Shown here: in pieces, positions 31,301 through 43,091 of the stretch
Numbering within the stretch: position 1 is the first letter of the stretch
Layout of the letters: each line of letters begins with the position of its first letter
NCBI GenBank assembly: GCA_963751455.1
Contig: CAVVUN010000015.1
Span: 960,001 to 1,024,000 of the forward strand
DNA: 64,000 nt
Source: Nitrospirota bacterium
GTDB lineage: Bacteria > Nitrospirota > UBA9217
Direction of reading: 5' to 3'
Made by a program: the position numbers and the translations under genes
Notes under the pieces: model-generated
Database searches by the model: none
Told to the model about the DNA's origin: nothing
What the model saw: the letters and a program-made list of their open reading frames with translations, nothing else

Positions 31301-32456
31301 AAAGTACGCCATCATTTACGGAGCCCGGTTAAAGGTGCAGGATGGGCAAAAGGTGGATGTGGCCCAGAAACTCGTGGAATGGGATCCCTATTCACTGCCG
31401 ATCCTTACCGAAATCGGAGGGAAAATCGCCTTCGGCGACATCATCGAAGGCGTAACGATGCGCGAGGAAGTCGACGAAGTCACCGGGTTGTCACGCAAGG
31501 TCATCATTGATTATCCCAACCAGAATCTGCGGCCGAGAATTTCGATCAAGGACCAGAGTGGAAAGACCGCCAGGCTGCCGGGCTCGAATGTTGTTGCCCG
31601 GTATCTGCTGCCTGCGGGAGCGCACATCCTGGTCGACAAGGGCCATGAAGTTTTCCCCGGGGACATCCTGGTCAAGATACCCCGAGAAACAACGAAGACA
31701 AAAGACATCACCGGAGGTCTGCCGCGCGTGGCCGAACTCTTCGAGGCCAGAAAGCCGAAAGAGCAGGCCATTATCAGTGAAATCGACGGAACAGTGGAGT
31801 TCGGCGGATTTGTGAAAGGTATGAGGCGCATCCTGGTGAAGGACGGTATGGGCAACGAGAAGGAATACCTTATCCCGAAGGGCAAACACGTGAACGTGCA
31901 TGAGGGTGACTGGGTGACCGCGGGCGAACCACTCATGGACGGCCCTGTCGACCCGCACGATATTCTGAGTGTACTCGGTCCCCGGGAACTCCAGAAGTAC
32001 CTCGTGGACGAAGTGCAGCAGGTCTACCGGCTCCAGGGTGTGAGCATTAACGACAAACACATCGAGGTTATCGTCCGGCAGATGCTGCGCAAGGTCAGGA
32101 TCGAGGAAGCAGGAGGAACTCCCTTCCTTATCGGGGAGCAGGTGGACCGCTTCTCCTTTGCCAAGGAGAACGAGAATATCATGGCCAAGGGCGGGCAGCC
32201 TGCGACGGCACGTCCGATCCTGCTGGGTATCACCAAGGCTTCGCTTACGACGGACAGCTTTATCTCAGCTGCATCGTTCCAGGAGACTACGCGCGTCCTG
32301 ACCGAGGCCGCGATTACCGGTGCGGTGGACGACCTGGTTGGGTTGAAGGAAAATGTGATCATGGGTCGCTTGATTCCAGCCGGTACGGGTATGACCGAAT
32401 ACAGAAACACCTATGTCGAAGTGGAAAACGAGACGGCTCAGGAACCGGTGGAGTAA
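28320..32456 (+). CDS. rpoC: RNA polymerase beta' subunit
   Basis: NADFDGD, N-terminal Zn ribbon; GTG after AGGAGG. Confidence 0.99.
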   Translation: MEDKRMTESKARADVMSLFEKPKDISFDAMRIKIASPERIKEWSFGEVKKPETINYRSFKPERDGLFCAKIFGPIKDWECLCGKYKRMKHRGIVCDKCGVEVIQSKVRRERMGHIELSSPVAHIWFLKGLPSRIGTLLDMTLRQLEKVLYFENYVVVDGADTPLKNKELLTEEKFRKAQLEYGVSSFKAGMGAEAIREMLNAIDLEVESEDIRKKIETATSMATKKKLTKRLKVIEAFRKSGNKPAWMILDVIPVIPPELRPLVPLEGGRFATSDLNDLYRRVINRNNRLRRLEELKAPSVIIRNEKRMLQEAVDALFDNGRRGRVLRGPNKRPLKSLSDMLKGKQGRFRQNLLGKRVDYSGRSVIVVGPDLKLHQCGLPKKMALELFKPFIFNKLEEKGYATTIKSAKKMIERERPEVWDVLEEVIQEHPVLLNRAPTLHRLGIQAFDPVLVEGKAIRLHPLVCAAFNADFDGDQMAVHIPLSVEAQLEARVLMLSINNVLSPANGRPITVPSQDIVLGCYYLTKARSGARGEGKIFSGRDEVRIAYDQRMVDIHARVRVRMNGKIEETTVGRVLFSDILPESIPFSSVNRDMNKKELAKLIDECYRKLGLRRTVVLIDDLKEVGFKYAMRAGISICISDMHIPSKKQKFIDQAQKEVMEIHHQYTEGLITNGERYNKEIDIWANVTEKIADEMMAELGMEAVEIGSAKKSELQEARSFNNIFMMADSGARGSTQQIRQLAGMRGLMAKPSGEIIETPITANFREGLTVLQYFISTHGARKGLADTALKTANSGYLTRRLVDVSQDVIITQDDCGTTDGIIVGSLVEGGEIIEPLSERILGRVAAEDIKDPITKDVIIGTRREINEELVKRVEESGIDRIKIRSVLTCQSLRGVCRMCYGRDLGRGKLVDIGEAIGIVAAQSIGEPGTQLTMRTFHIGGTASKVVEQTVLEAKNAGAVKYLNLNTVKNKDGDFVVMSRSGNIAIYDETGREKEKYAIIYGARLKVQDGQKVDVAQKLVEWDPYSLPILTEIGGKIAFGDIIEGVTMREEVDEVTGLSRKVIIDYPNQNLRPRISIKDQSGKTARLPGSNVVARYLLPAGAHILVDKGHEVFPGDILVKIPRETTKTKDITGGLPRVAELFEARKPKEQAIISEIDGTVEFGGFVKGMRRILVKDGMGNEKEYLIPKGKHVNVHEGDWVTAGEPLMDGPVDPHDILSVLGPRELQKYLVDEVQQVYRLQGVSINDKHIEVIVRQMLRKVRIEEAGGTPFLIGEQVDRFSFAKENENIMAKGGQPATARPILLGITKASLTTDSFISAASFQETTRVLTEAAITGAVDDLVGLKENVIMGRLIPAGTGMTEYRNTYVEVENETAQEPVE

Positions 32457-32462
32457 AAAAAA

Positions 32463-32519
32463 TGACAGGTGCACAGCGGAGCAGCTCTCTGTCGCAGTGC
32501 ATTCTCTGCGCACCTGTTA
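32463..32519 (+). terminator. Long hairpin after rpoC
   Basis: TGACAGGTGC ... GCACCTGTTA; weak U-tract. Confidence 0.45.
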
Positions 32520-32536
32520 TATAATTAAAAAATAGC

Positions 32537-32565
32537 TTGACAATAGCGGTCTATATGGATATAAT
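32537..32565 (+). promoter_or_regulatory. Consensus sigma70 promoter of the str operon
   Basis: TTGACA-N17-TATAAT. Confidence 0.9.
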
Positions 32566-32629
32566 CACCGGGTTTTGACTCAACGTTTCAAAAAATTTGC
32601 TATGTCTGTGTTTTTAAGGAGTAATTGCC

Positions 32630-33001
32630 GTGCCGACCATTAGTCAACTAGTAAGAAAAGGCAGGACTTTGGCAGCTATCAAGACCAAAAGCCCCGCCCT
32701 CAAGAGCTGCCCCCAGAAGCGTGGAGTCTGCATCAGAGTGTACACCACGACGCCGAAGAAGCCGAACTCTGCGCTCCGGAAAGTTGCCAGGGTGAGACTT
32801 ACCAACGGTATGGAAGTGACCACGTATATACCGGGAGTCGGCCATAACCTGCAGGAACACTCCATTGTGCTCATCCGCGGAGGAAGGGTAAAGGATCTTC
32901 CCGGTGTGCGGTACCATATTGTGCGCGGTACGCTCGATACCGTCGGGGTTGCGAATCGCAAGCAGGGTCGTTCGAAGTACGGCGCAAAAAGACCGAAGTA
33001 A
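32630..33001 (+). CDS. rpsL: 30S ribosomal protein S12
   Basis: [23 protein letters not shown]. Confidence 0.99.
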   Translation: MPTISQLVRKGRTLAAIKTKSPALKSCPQKRGVCIRVYTTTPKKPNSALRKVARVRLTNGMEVTTYIPGVGHNLQEHSIVLIRGGRVKDLPGVRYHIVRGTLDTVGVANRKQGRSKYGAKRPK

Positions 33002-33004
33002 GGA

Positions 33005-33068
33005 CTAATTCTAAACACGAACCCTCGAAATCCTAAACGTTTAGATATAAATTAGGAATTCGAAATTA
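33005..33068. repeat. AAATCCT-type heptamer palindrome between rpsL and rpsG
   Basis: TAATTCTAAACACGAACCCTCGAAATCCTAAAC-GTTTAGATATAAATTAGGAATTCGAAATTA. Confidence 0.7.
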
Positions 33069-33084
33069 TCCGTAAGGATCGAAT

Positions 33085-33555
33085 ATGCCAAGAAAAAGCG
33101 TTGTAGTAAAAAGAGAAGCATTACCGGATCCGAAATACAACAGCAAGATGCTGGCAAAGTTTGTGAACGTGCTTATGCGCAAGGGCAAGAAGAGCACGGC
33201 CGAAGCCATCTGCTACAAGGCGCTTGACCGCATCCAGGAGAAGACCAAGGGCGATCCGATCGTCGTTTTCAAGAAGGCGGTGGAAAACCTGAAGCCAAGC
33301 CTTGAGGTGAAATCCCGGAGAGTGGGCGGCGCGTCTTACCAGGTGCCGATCGAAGTCAAGCAGCCCCGCAGGCTTTCGCTTGCATACCGCTGGCTCCGGA
33401 TGTACGCGTCCCTGCGGCCCGAGAAATCCATGGTTGATAAACTTGCCGGAGAAATTCTGGATGCATCGAATAATACCGGTGCAGCAGTAAAGAAAAGAGA
33501 AGACGTACATCGTATGGCAGAGGCCAATAAAGCCTTCGCCCACTATCGCTGGTAG
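33085..33555 (+). CDS. rpsG: 30S ribosomal protein S7
   Basis: [25 protein letters not shown]. Confidence 0.99.
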   Translation: MPRKSVVVKREALPDPKYNSKMLAKFVNVLMRKGKKSTAEAICYKALDRIQEKTKGDPIVVFKKAVENLKPSLEVKSRRVGGASYQVPIEVKQPRRLSLAYRWLRMYASLRPEKSMVDKLAGEILDASNNTGAAVKKREDVHRMAEANKAFAHYRW

Positions 33556-33580
33556 TCTTCATCAAGAAGCGGAGGAAGTT

Positions 33581-35672
33581 TTGGCTAGGCAGTATTCATT
33601 AGAAAACACACGCAACATCGGTATTATGGCTCATATCGACGCCGGTAAAACGACGACGACCGAGCGTATTCTTTACTATACCGGTGTTTCTTATAAAATC
33701 GGCGAAGTACATGACGGCACGGCTGTCATGGACTGGATGGTGCAGGAGCAGGAACGGGGTATTACGATCACGTCTGCCGCCACGACCTGCTTCTGGCGGG
33801 ATAAGCGTATCAACATCATTGATACTCCGGGCCATGTAGACTTTACGATTGAAGTTGAACGTTCGCTTCGCGTGCTTGACGGCGCAGTTGCTGCGTTCGA
33901 TTCCGTGAGTGGTGTTGAACCTCAGTCCGAGACGGTCTGGAGGCAGGCTGACAAGTATCAAGTTCCCCGTATCGCGTTCATGAATAAGATGGACCGCATT
34001 GGTGCGGACTTCTACATGAGCGTCCAGAGCATGCACGACCGGCTTGGCGCGAACGCGGTGCCGATCCAGCTTCCGATAGGCGCTGAAGATAAGTTCCGCG
34101 GCTGCATAGACCTTGTCAGGATGAAGGCGGTTTTGTTCGACGACGAAACGCTCGGCGCGAAATATGTCGTGGAGGACATTCCTGCCGACCTTCTGCCAAA
34201 AGCCCAGGAATACCGCGAGAAGATGATCGAGAAGATCGCCGACGCGGACGATACCGTTATGGAAAAGTTCCTGAACGGCGAGCAGCCGACAGAAGCTGAG
34301 ATCATGGCTGCTATCCGCAAGGGCACGATCGCGATGAGCATCTTCCCGGTTATCTGCGGTTCGGCATTCAAGAATAAGGGCGTACAGCTTCTCCTTGATG
34401 CGGTCGTGGACTACCTCCCTTCACCGCTCGACATTCCCGCGGTCACAGGCATTGGACCCAAGGGAGAAGAAGTGGTTCGCACTGCCTCCGACAGCGAGCC
34501 CTTTGCGGGCATAGCATTTAAAATCATGACCGATCCTTTTGTTGGTCAGCTTACATTTGTCCGGGTTTACTCCGGAACGCTGACATCGGGATCGTATGTA
34601 TATAACTCTATCAAAAGGGACCAGAGAGCGTGTAGGCAGATTGCTCAAAATGCACGCGAACAAGCGCGAAGAGATCGAGCAGATATATTCAGGCGATATT
34701 TGTGCTGCAGTCGGACTCAAGAGCACGCTCACGGGGCATACCCTCTGCGATGAAAACAAACCCGTGGTGCTGGAAGCGATGGTTTTCCCGGAACCAGTCA
34801 TCCATGTGGCTGTCGAGCCCAAGACCAAGGCAGACCAGGAAAAACTTGGTTTCTCGCTCCAGAAGCTCATGCAGGAAGACCCCTCATTCCGCGTGCATAC
34901 CGACACAGAGACCGGTCAGACAATCATCTCGGGTATGGGCGAATTGCATCTGGAAATTATTGTTGACCGCCTTTTACGCGAGTTCAAAGTTGACGCAAAC
35001 GTGGGTAAACCGCAGGTCGCGTACCGCGAAACGATCAAGAAAAAAGTTCACGCAGAGGGCAAGTATATCCGCCAGACCGGCGGTCGCGGCCAATACGGGC
35101 ACGCGGTGCTGGAACTTGAACCGCAGGAACCGGGCAAAGGATTTGAATTCGTAAATAAAACCGTCGGCGGTTCGGTGCCAAAGGAATATGTTGCCCCGAT
35201 TGAAAAGGGTATCGTTGAGGCCATGGAGAACGGTGTGATCGCCGGCTATCCGGTTGTTGACATTAAGGTCACCCTTGTTGACGGGTCCTATCATGATGTA
35301 GACTCATCAGAAATGGCATTTAAGATCGCCGGATCCATGGCTTTCAAAGAAGGTGCGAATAAAGCCAATCCGGTGCTTCTCGAGCCGATCATGGCGGTCG
35401 AGGTGGTCTGCGCCGAGGAGTATATGGGAGATATTATCGGCGATCTGAGTTCCCGCCGGGGACGCGTGCAGAGCATGAATATGAGGGGGGCGGGAAGGGT
35501 CATCGCGGCGCAGGTGCCGCTTTCGGAAATGTTCGGTTATGCGACTGATATCAGGTCCAAGACCCAGGGCAGGGCAACCTATACGATGCAATTTGCGCAT
35601 TATGAAGAGGTCCCCAAAACGATAGGAGAGCAGATCATCGCGAAGGTTAAGGGTGAGACTGTTAAGAAGTAA
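33581..35672 (+). CDS. fusA: Elongation factor G, split by one extra A at 34613-34616
   Basis: [14 protein letters not shown]; removing one A gives [15 protein letters not shown] and a 696-aa EF-G. Confidence 0.93.
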
Positions 35673-35751
35673 GAAGTTTTTTTAATATCGAAATTTTTCA
35701 GAGGGCGTATGTCGATACGCCCCTACCGACTTCCCGACAGGAGGGGATAGC

Positions 35752-36951
35752 ATGGCAAAGGCAAAATTTGAGAGGACAAAACCTCATGTGAACGTGGGCA
35801 CGATCGGCCACGTGGACCACGGCAAAACGACGTTGACGGCAGCCATTACGAAGGTGCTGTCGCTCAAGAACTTTGCGAGCTTCGTGGCCTACGACCAGAT
35901 CGACAAGGCTCCGGAAGAACGGGAGCGCGGCATCACGATCGCGACTGCGCATGTTGAATACCAGACCGACAACCGCCATTACGCGCACGTCGACTGCCCC
36001 GGCCATGCCGACTACGTCAAGAACATGATCACGGGCGCCGCCCAGATGGACGGAGCGATTCTCGTTGTGTCCGCCGCGGACGGCCCCATGCCCCAGACCC
36101 GCGAGCATATCCTTCTTGCGCGCCAGGTCGGTGTGCCCTATATCGTCGTGTACATGAACAAGGTGGACATGGTAGATGACCCTGAGCTGATCGAGCTGGT
36201 GGAGCTTGAGATCCGGGAGCTTCTGTCCAAGTACCAGTTCCCCGGGGACAAGACTCCGATCGTCAAGGGCAGCGCGTTAAAGGCCCTCCAGAGCGACAGC
36301 AAGGACATAAACGCCCCCGAGTTCAAGAGCATCATGGAGCTTATGGCCGCTGTGGACAGCTACATTCCGCAGCCCAAGCGCGACATCGACAAGCCCTATC
36401 TTATGCCGCTCGAAGACGTGTTTTCCATTGCGGGCCGCGGAACCGTGGTGACCGGCAGGATCGAGCGCGGTATCGTGAAGGTAGGCGATGAAATCGAGAT
36501 TGTCGGAATCAAGCCCACGCAGAAGACGGTGGTCACGGGCGTTGAGATGTTCCGGAAGCTTCTGGATGCGGGCGAAGCCGGAGACAACGTTGGAGTTCTT
36601 CTGCGCGGCATCAAGAAAGAAGATGTGGAGCGCGGCATGGTTTTGGCAAAGCCGGGAAGCATCACCCCTCATACCAAGTTCAAGGCCGAGGCCTACGTGC
36701 TTACGAAAGAAGAAGGCGGCCGGCACACTCCGTTCTTCAAAGGATACCGTCCCCAGTTCTATTTCCGTACGACGGACGTGACGGGCGTGGTAACGCTTGC
36801 TGAAGGCGTCGAGATGGTGATGCCGGGCGACAACATGACCTGCAGTGTGGAGTTGATCACCCCGATCGCCATGGACCAGGGGCTCCGGTTCGCCATCCGC
36901 GAGGGCGGCAGGACGGTGGGAGCAGGGGTTATTACGCAGGTTATTGAGTAA
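35752..36951 (+). CDS. tuf: Elongation factor Tu, copy 2
   Basis: Protein identical to 19003-20202. Confidence 0.99.
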   Translation: MAKAKFERTKPHVNVGTIGHVDHGKTTLTAAITKVLSLKNFASFVAYDQIDKAPEERERGITIATAHVEYQTDNRHYAHVDCPGHADYVKNMITGAAQMDGAILVVSAADGPMPQTREHILLARQVGVPYIVVYMNKVDMVDDPELIELVELEIRELLSKYQFPGDKTPIVKGSALKALQSDSKDINAPEFKSIMELMAAVDSYIPQPKRDIDKPYLMPLEDVFSIAGRGTVVTGRIERGIVKVGDEIEIVGIKPTQKTVVTGVEMFRKLLDAGEAGDNVGVLLRGIKKEDVERGMVLAKPGSITPHTKFKAEAYVLTKEEGGRHTPFFKGYRPQFYFRTTDVTGVVTLAEGVEMVMPGDNMTCSVELITPIAMDQGLRFAIREGGRTVGAGVITQVIE

Positions 36952-37072
36952 GAACTAAAGACGAGGGATGAGGGACGAAGGACGGAGGACGAAAAGGCAT
37001 TGAAGTATGCGTCCATCGTCCGAGCGAACGCAATGAGCGGTCGTCCATCATGTTTTTTAAGGAAGGTACAAC

Positions 37073-37378
37073 GTGACACAGAAGATACGGATACGATTAA
37101 AGGGATACGATCATAGGCTGCTCGATCAGTCTGCGGTAGAGATCATGGATACGGCAAAAAGAACCGGAGCGAAAGTATCCGGTCCCATTCCCTTGCCGAC
37201 CCGGATCAACAGGTGGACAGTGCTTCGTTCCCCGCATGTCGATAAAAAATCACGGGAACAGTTTGAAATCCGGACACATAAGAGGCTGATGGATATCCTG
37301 GATCCTACACCGCAAACGGTTGATGCTCTCATGAAGCTCGATCTCGCCGCGGGCGTCGATGTGGAGATCAAGCTGTAA
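37073..37378 (+). CDS. rpsJ: 30S ribosomal protein S10
   Basis: [21 protein letters not shown]. Confidence 0.98.
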   Translation: MTQKIRIRLKGYDHRLLDQSAVEIMDTAKRTGAKVSGPIPLPTRINRWTVLRSPHVDKKSREQFEIRTHKRLMDILDPTPQTVDALMKLDLAAGVDVEIKL

Positions 37379-37424
37379 TCTTTCTGAAACGAGCCCGCGC
37401 AGGTGGTGGGTGAGGGGACTTGAA

Positions 37425-38039
37425 ATGAGTAAGGGTATTATCGGAAAAAAGATAGGCATGAGCCAGCACTTCACCGGTGGTGAACTTATCCCGGTTACAG
37501 TCGTTCAGGCAGGACCGTGCACGGTCGTCCAGAAGAAGACAACGGAAAAAGACGGGTACGAGGCGATCCAGCTTGCATTTGAGGAAGAAAAGAAAAAGGA
37601 TCGAGTGACCAAGCCCATAGCTGGCCATTTTAAAAAGGCCAGCATCCAGCCGCATCGTTTTCTTCGCGAGTTTCGAACCGGTGAATTCGAGCAGGGACAG
37701 GTCGTAACTGTGGATATCTTTAAAAAAGGCGAGCGCATCGCGGTGAGCGGCGTGAGCAAGGGCAAAGGGTTTGCCGGTGTTATGAAGCGCCACAATTTCG
37801 CGGGCGGCCCCGGCGGACACGGATCAATGTTCAACCGCCGGCCGGGTTCTATCGGAGCCAGCGCTTACCCGTCACGGGTGTGGCCAGGCAAGAAACTTCC
37901 GGGACACATGGGCTGCGCCAATGTGACGATAAAAAATTTAGAAATCGTCGAAGTTCGTCCTGATCAGAATCTGTTGTTTATACGTGGAGCAGTGCCGGGC
38001 GGTGCTAACGGCCTGCTTGTAATTTATAAGGCTGAATGA
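37425..38039 (+). CDS. rplC: 50S ribosomal protein L3
   Basis: [21 protein letters not shown]; ATG 37425. Confidence 0.97.
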   Translation: MSKGIIGKKIGMSQHFTGGELIPVTVVQAGPCTVVQKKTTEKDGYEAIQLAFEEEKKKDRVTKPIAGHFKKASIQPHRFLREFRTGEFEQGQVVTVDIFKKGERIAVSGVSKGKGFAGVMKRHNFAGGPGGHGSMFNRRPGSIGASAYPSRVWPGKKLPGHMGCANVTIKNLEIVEVRPDQNLLFIRGAVPGGANGLLVIYKAE

Positions 38040-38060
38040 GAAGGATAGAGGATTATTGTC

Positions 38061-38684
38061 ATGCCGTCAGTCGTAATGGTTGATCAAAACAATAAAAAAG
38101 TTAAAGATGTAGAGCTTTCAGGGTTTCTTTCTTCCGAAGTTCGGCCGCACCTTCTTCATGCCGCCGTGGTAAACCAGCTCGCAAACAGACGGGCAGGAAC
38201 GGCCGCTACCAAGAATAAGGCGATGGTGCGCGGAGGCGGTAAAAAACCTTTTAAACAGAAGGGCACCGGCAGGGCCCGTGCAGGCAGCAGCCGTTCGCCG
38301 CTTTGGCGACATGGCGGCACGGTATTCGGTCCGATGCCGCGCGACTATTCCTACTCGCTTCCGAAGAAGGCGAAGCGCGCAGCGCTTGTTGACGCTCTTG
38401 CGTCGAAAGTTGTTGAAAACAAACTCGTGCTGATAGACAACCTCAATTTTTCGGAGCCAAAGACCAAGCTGGTGTCCGCAATGCTGGGAACCCTCGGGAT
38501 TCAGGAAACAGCGCTTGTGCTTATTAACGCCGAGAATAAAAACTTGAGCTTGGCTGCGCGGAACATACCGACGGTAAAAGTGCTCAGAATGCAGAACATC
38601 AACGTATATGACGTTCTCAAATACCGGTACCTTATCACGACGCAGGATGCCCTGAACGCCATGCAGGAGGTTTACGGTAAATGA
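38061..38684 (+). CDS. rplD: 50S ribosomal protein L4
   Basis: KPFKQKGTGRARAG. Confidence 0.98.
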   Translation: MPSVVMVDQNNKKVKDVELSGFLSSEVRPHLLHAAVVNQLANRRAGTAATKNKAMVRGGGKKPFKQKGTGRARAGSSRSPLWRHGGTVFGPMPRDYSYSLPKKAKRAALVDALASKVVENKLVLIDNLNFSEPKTKLVSAMLGTLGIQETALVLINAENKNLSLAARNIPTVKVLRMQNINVYDVLKYRYLITTQDALNAMQEVYGK

Positions 38685-38974
38685 AGATCGACATGTATGA
38701 CATAATTCGGGTGCCCCGCATAACTGAAAAAGGCGCGCGACTGAAGGAAAAGAACAACGTCCTCACGTTCGAAGTAAGGACTGACGCCAATAAAGTGCAG
38801 GTTCGGAAAGCGGTCGAGGGCATCTTCAAGGTGAAGGTGGCCGACGTTACTACCGTTAAGACGCTGGGCAAAAAAAAGCGCATGGGCCAGCGCGTCGGCT
38901 ACCGGTCGGACTGGAAGAAAGCGTTCGTGACGCTCAAACCGGGCGAAAAGATTGATATATTTGAGGGTGCTTAA
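38681..38974 (+). CDS. rplW: 50S ribosomal protein L23
   Basis: PRITEK, WKKAFVTL. Confidence 0.97.
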   Translation: MKIDMYDIIRVPRITEKGARLKEKNNVLTFEVRTDANKVQVRKAVEGIFKVKVADVTTVKTLGKKKRMGQRVGYRSDWKKAFVTLKPGEKIDIFEGA

Positions 38975-39802
38975 ATGCCGGTAAAGACCTATAATCCAAC
39001 ATCTCCGGGAAGACGTTTTCAGACAACATCCACGTTCGAAGAAGTAACGCGGAGCAAGCCGGAAAAATCTCTGGTAGTGAAACTGAGCGAGAGCGGCGGA
39101 AGAAACAATCGCGGAAAGATAACTGTCCGCTATCGCGCGGGGTGGCATAAGAAAAAATACCGGATCGTCGATTTCAAGCGCGACAAGACCGGAATACCGG
39201 CCAAAGTCGCTCATATCGAATATGATCCCAACCGGTCCGCGAGGATCGCGCTCCTTCATTATGCCGACGGTGAAAAACGCTACATAATCGCGCCCCTCGG
39301 ACTGAATGTCGGCGATGCGGTAGTATCCGGTCCGAACGCCGATATCAAGCCCGGGAATGCGCTTCCGATCACCGCAATACCGGTCGGTACGGTTCTTCAT
39401 AACGTGGAGTTGAAAAAAGGGGCAGGCGGACAGCTTGCCAGGAGCGCCGGATCTTCAGCGCAGCTTCTTGCCCGCGAGGGAGAATATGCGACGCTCCGCC
39501 TCAACTCCGGTGAAGTGCGAATGGTCAGATCCGACTGCATGGGTACCATAGGCCAGGTCGGGAACCTCGACCATGAAAACATCAGCATCGGCAAGGCGGG
39601 AAGATCCCGCTGGATGGGAATGAGACCGAGGGTCCGCGGAGTGGTGATGAACCCGGTTGATCATCCACTGGGCGGCGGCGAAGGAAAGTCTTCGGGCGGC
39701 AGGCCGGGGTGTTCGCCATGGGGTCTCCCCGACGGGAAAAAAACAAGACACAACAAGATTACAACAAAGTACATTATTTCGAGAAGAACGAAGAGCAGGT
39801 AA
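38975..39802 (+). CDS. rplB: 50S ribosomal protein L2
   Basis: [21 protein letters not shown]. Confidence 0.99.
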   Translation: MPVKTYNPTSPGRRFQTTSTFEEVTRSKPEKSLVVKLSESGGRNNRGKITVRYRAGWHKKKYRIVDFKRDKTGIPAKVAHIEYDPNRSARIALLHYADGEKRYIIAPLGLNVGDAVVSGPNADIKPGNALPITAIPVGTVLHNVELKKGAGGQLARSAGSSAQLLAREGEYATLRLNSGEVRMVRSDCMGTIGQVGNLDHENISIGKAGRSRWMGMRPRVRGVVMNPVDHPLGGGEGKSSGGRPGCSPWGLPDGKKTRHNKITTKYIISRRTKSR

Positions 39803-39807
39803 TGTAA

Positions 39808-39874
39808 TTGCGGATTTCACCCTGCACTCGCGCTGCCGCACTCGAAAGCGCTGGGTGCAGGCGAAAATCCGAAA
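39808..39874. repeat. 42-bp module (39820-39862) nested in CGGATTT/AAATCCG arms between rplB and rpsS
   Basis: TTGCGGATTTCA[CCCTGCACTCGCGCTGCCGCACTCGAAAGCGCTGGGTGCAGGC]GAAAATCCGAAA. Confidence 0.8.
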
Positions 39875-39892
39875 TAAGAAGCGGAGGACACG

Positions 39893-40183
39893 GTGCCGAG
39901 ATCAGTTAAAAAAGGCCCTTTTATCGAAGAAAGCCTCTTGAAAAAAGTGGAGGCGATGAATACGGCCGGCGAAAAAAAGATTACGAAAACATGGTCGCGA
40001 CGGTCCATGATCAGTCCTGATTTTGTCGGCCACACGCTTGCAGTCCATAACGGCAAGAAATTCATTCCGGTTTACGTGACGGAAAACATGGTTGGACATA
40101 AACTCGGAGAGTTTTCTCCGACCAGGACTTTCAGGGCGCATGGCGGATCAAAAGCCGCTGAAAAGACGACGGCGCCCAAGTAA
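39893..40183 (+). CDS. rpsS: 30S ribosomal protein S19
   Basis: [20 protein letters not shown]. Confidence 0.98.
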   Translation: MPRSVKKGPFIEESLLKKVEAMNTAGEKKITKTWSRRSMISPDFVGHTLAVHNGKKFIPVYVTENMVGHKLGEFSPTRTFRAHGGSKAAEKTTAPK

Positions 40184-40225
40184 TCTGTCTGCACACCGGC
40201 CCCGATTTTAGAGTGAGGACGACAA

Positions 40226-40555
40226 ATGGAAGCAAGCGCAACTGCAAGACACATACGAATCACGCCGCGCAAGGCGCGACAGGTAGTGGATCTGATCCGC
40301 GGCAAGCGGGTGGGAGACGCGATTAATATTCTTACCTTCACTCCGCTCCATGCCGCACGGATTGTGAAGAAGGTTCTGGATTCTGCGGTAGCAAACGCAG
40401 AGCAGAAAAAGGTGGGTGACCTCGACTCGTTGACGATTGCGCAGGCATACGTGAACCAGGGTGTTACGATGAAGCGCATGAGAGCACGGGCGATGGGTCG
40501 CGGCAATACTATCAGAAAGAGAACCAGCCATATTACGGTGGTGCTTTCCGCGTAG
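40226..40555 (+). CDS. rplV: 50S ribosomal protein L22
   Basis: [22 protein letters not shown]. Confidence 0.98.
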   Translation: MEASATARHIRITPRKARQVVDLIRGKRVGDAINILTFTPLHAARIVKKVLDSAVANAEQKKVGDLDSLTIAQAYVNQGVTMKRMRARAMGRGNTIRKRTSHITVVLSA

Positions 40556-40575
40556 AACTGACGGACGGAGGAATA

Positions 40576-41220
40576 ATGGGACAGAAGGTTCATCCTATCG
40601 GGCTTCGGCTCGGAATCATAAAAACATGGGATTCTCGCTGGTTCTCACAGAAGAATTACGCGACGCTACTCCACGAGGATATCAAGATACGGTCGATAGT
40701 GAAAGAGCGCCTGATGCACGCAGGCGTATCGAAGGTGGAGATCGAGCGGGCCGGGCAGAAGGCCAAGATCAATATTCATACCGCCAGACCGGGAATTATC
40801 ATCGGGAAAAAGGGCGCCGAAGTAGATAAGCTCAAGAAAGACCTCGAAGCCATGACCGGCAAGCAGATGTATATCAATATTCAGGAAATCAGAAGGCCGG
40901 AACTGGATGCTCAGCTTGTCGCCGAAAATATCGCTCTTCAGCTGGAGCGCAGAATTGCTTTCCGCAGAGCCATGAAAAAAGCAGTTACCTCGGCCCTTCG
41001 GCTGGGCGCGCTCGGCATCAAAATAACCTGCGCAGGGAGACTGGCAGGGGCGGAAATTGCAAGGACTGAGTGGTATCGCGAGGGAAGAGTGCCGCTTCAT
41101 ACGCTCCGCGCAGACATTCAGTACGGCTTCTTTGAAGCTAAAACCACAATGGGACAAATCGGCGTAAAGGTGCTGATCTACCGCGGTGATGTGCTTCAGC
41201 CGCCTACCGCAGCAGCGTAA
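40576..41220 (+). CDS. rpsC: 30S ribosomal protein S3
   Basis: [24 protein letters not shown]. Confidence 0.98.
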   Translation: MGQKVHPIGLRLGIIKTWDSRWFSQKNYATLLHEDIKIRSIVKERLMHAGVSKVEIERAGQKAKINIHTARPGIIIGKKGAEVDKLKKDLEAMTGKQMYINIQEIRRPELDAQLVAENIALQLERRIAFRRAMKKAVTSALRLGALGIKITCAGRLAGAEIARTEWYREGRVPLHTLRADIQYGFFEAKTTMGQIGVKVLIYRGDVLQPPTAAA

Positions 41221-41255
41221 TTTATTCGTACATCCCGGAATAAAGGACTGGTATC

Positions 41256-41672
41256 ATGCTAGCACCAAAAAGAGTAAAACACAGGAAGATGCATAAAGGA
41301 AGACGGACCGGCACGGCATATCGGGGAGCTGAAGTCAGTTACGGGGAGTATGGCCTCAAGGTCATGGAGCCCGGCTGGATCACCAGCAGGCAGATTGAGG
41401 CCGCCCGTATCGCGATGACACGCTATGTCAAGCGCGGAGGAAAGATCTGGATACGCGTTTTCCCGGACAAGCCGATCACAAAGAAGCCCGCGGAAACGCG
41501 TATGGGCAAAGGCAAGGGAGCGCCCGAATACTGGGTAGCTGTTGTCAAGCCGGGACGGGTCCTGTATGAAATGGGCGGCGTAGATGAGTCAGTGGCAAAA
41601 GAGGCCTTTCGCCTGGCAGCTTATAAACTGCCGGTTGCCACGAAATTCGTTTCCCGGGAGGCGGAGCTATGA
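41256..41672 (+). CDS. rplP: 50S ribosomal protein L16
   Basis: [19 protein letters not shown]. Confidence 0.98.
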   Translation: MLAPKRVKHRKMHKGRRTGTAYRGAEVSYGEYGLKVMEPGWITSRQIEAARIAMTRYVKRGGKIWIRVFPDKPITKKPAETRMGKGKGAPEYWVAVVKPGRVLYEMGGVDESVAKEAFRLAAYKLPVATKFVSREAEL

Positions 41673-41872
41673 AGACGACCACTGCCAGGGATTTGCGTGA
41701 TTTGTCCAGTGAAGAACTGGTTGCCAAGGCGACAGATCTGAAAAAGGAATTGTTCAATCTGCGGGTGCAGCAGGCGATGGGACAGATAGAGAACCCGATG
41801 CGCTTGAGGCTGCTCCGTAAGGATATAGCCAAAACAAAAACCGTGTTAAAGGAAAAGTATGGCCGAGTCTAA
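41669..41872 (+). CDS. rpmC: 50S ribosomal protein L29
   Basis: [18 protein letters not shown]; synteny. Confidence 0.95.
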   Translation: MKTTTARDLRDLSSEELVAKATDLKKELFNLRVQQAMGQIENPMRLRLLRKDIAKTKTVLKEKYGRV

Positions 41873-42128
41873 CGAATCTAAAAAGCGTAAAACGTATACA
41901 GGGCAGGTGGTCAGCGACAAAATGGACAAGACCGTGGTGCTTGCGGTCACGAGGCGTATCTCTCATGCAAAGTATACCAAGACCATAAATCGCACCACCA
42001 AGTTCAAGGTCCATGATGAAAAAAATGAGTGTAAGGTTGGCGATGTTGTACGGTTTATAGAAACGCGCCCGCTTTCCAAGGAAAAACGTTGGACGGTTCT
42101 CGATATCGTCGAGAAAGCCAAGCAATAA
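41859..42128 (+). CDS. rpsQ: 30S ribosomal protein S17
   Basis: [21 protein letters not shown]. Confidence 0.97.
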   Translation: MAESNESKKRKTYTGQVVSDKMDKTVVLAVTRRISHAKYTKTINRTTKFKVHDEKNECKVGDVVRFIETRPLSKEKRWTVLDIVEKAKQ

Positions 42129-42172
42129 CCACGATCATGTATAATTCGAAAACTCTTTCTTGAGGATGAGAT

Positions 42173-42541
42173 ATGATTCAGCAGCAGACGGTATTAGATG
42201 TCGCCGATAACTCCGGCGCGAAAAAAGTAATGTGCATCAAAGTGCTTGGCGGGACTCGAAAGCGGTATGCGAGCCTGGGCGATGTTATCGTCGTGGCGAT
42301 CAAGATGGCCATACCTGAAGGTCAGGTCAAAAAAGGCACCGTTGCGAAGGCTGTCGTGGTCCGGACAACCAAAGAGGTGCGCCGCCAGGACGGATCATAC
42401 ATAAAATTCGACCGCAATGCTGCTGTATTGATAAACAATGCGAACGAACCGATCGGAACACGTATTTTCGGACCTGTGGCGCGTGAGCTTCGCAAAAAGA
42501 ACTTCATGAAAATAATTTCGCTTGCGCCTGAAGTGCTGTAA
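42173..42541 (+). CDS. rplN: 50S ribosomal protein L14
   Basis: [27 protein letters not shown]. Confidence 0.99.
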   Translation: MIQQQTVLDVADNSGAKKVMCIKVLGGTRKRYASLGDVIVVAIKMAIPEGQVKKGTVAKAVVVRTTKEVRRQDGSYIKFDRNAAVLINNANEPIGTRIFGPVARELRKKNFMKIISLAPEVL

Positions 42542-42545
42542 ACGT

Positions 42546-42723
42546 GGGAATCAGGTAAAACGTTATTTTACCATCTCCTGAGAAACAGGAGAAGGGAATC
42601 AAGGAAAAGCATAGACTCATTATCGTACCATCTCCTTGAAGCGTCAGGAGACGGGAATCAAGGAAAAGCATAGACTCATTATCGTACCATCTCCTTGAAG
42701 CGTCAGGAGACGGGAATCAAGGA
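42546..42723 (+). repeat. 59-bp tandem repeat (2 exact, 1 partial, 1 degenerate) between rplN and rplX
   Basis: GGGAATCAAGGAAAAGCATAGACTCATTATCGTACCATCTCCTTGAAGCGTCAGGAGAC at 42594 and 42653; partial at 42712; shorter variant at 42546. Confidence 0.92.
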
Positions 42724-42735
42724 CAGGATCAGAAA

Positions 42736-43047
42736 ATGCAGATAAGAAAAAACGACAATGTGATGGTGGTCTCCGGCAAGGAGAAGGGTAAAAAGGGCAG
42801 AGTGATTGCAGTCTACCCGGGCACCAACAGGGTCCTCATAGAGAAGCTGAACTTGATCAAAAGGCACACGAGGCCGAACCAGCAGCTCCGGCAGGGCGGC
42901 ATCGTGGAGAAGGAAAGTCCGATTTCGATATCGAATGTCGCGCTGATTTGCGCTAAATGCGATAAACCGACGACGGTGTCCCGGCAGGCTCAGGGCGAGG
43001 GACCGAGGGTCAGGGTCTGCAGGCAGTGCGACGCAGCCATCGATTAA
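42736..43047 (+). CDS. rplX: 50S ribosomal protein L24
   Basis: KOW motif VSGKEKGKKG; GGIVEKESPI. Confidence 0.96.
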   Translation: MQIRKNDNVMVVSGKEKGKKGRVIAVYPGTNRVLIEKLNLIKRHTRPNQQLRQGGIVEKESPISISNVALICAKCDKPTTVSRQAQGEGPRVRVCRQCDAAID

Positions 43048-43091
43048 CGGACAACTGTCGGACAAGAATGCGGAAATTAGGATAGGGAACT

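Noticed and set aside
22004-35672. rplA and fusA as true pseudogenes or programmed frameshifts
   Set aside because: Both are single-base additions in short homopolymers of otherwise conserved core genes; sequencing error is more parsimonious until reads are checked
42569-42723. Mini CRISPR array (palindromic ~39-bp repeat with 20-bp spacers)
   Set aside because: The two spacers are identical and short, there are no cas genes, and it lies inside the spc operon; simple tandem duplication explains it
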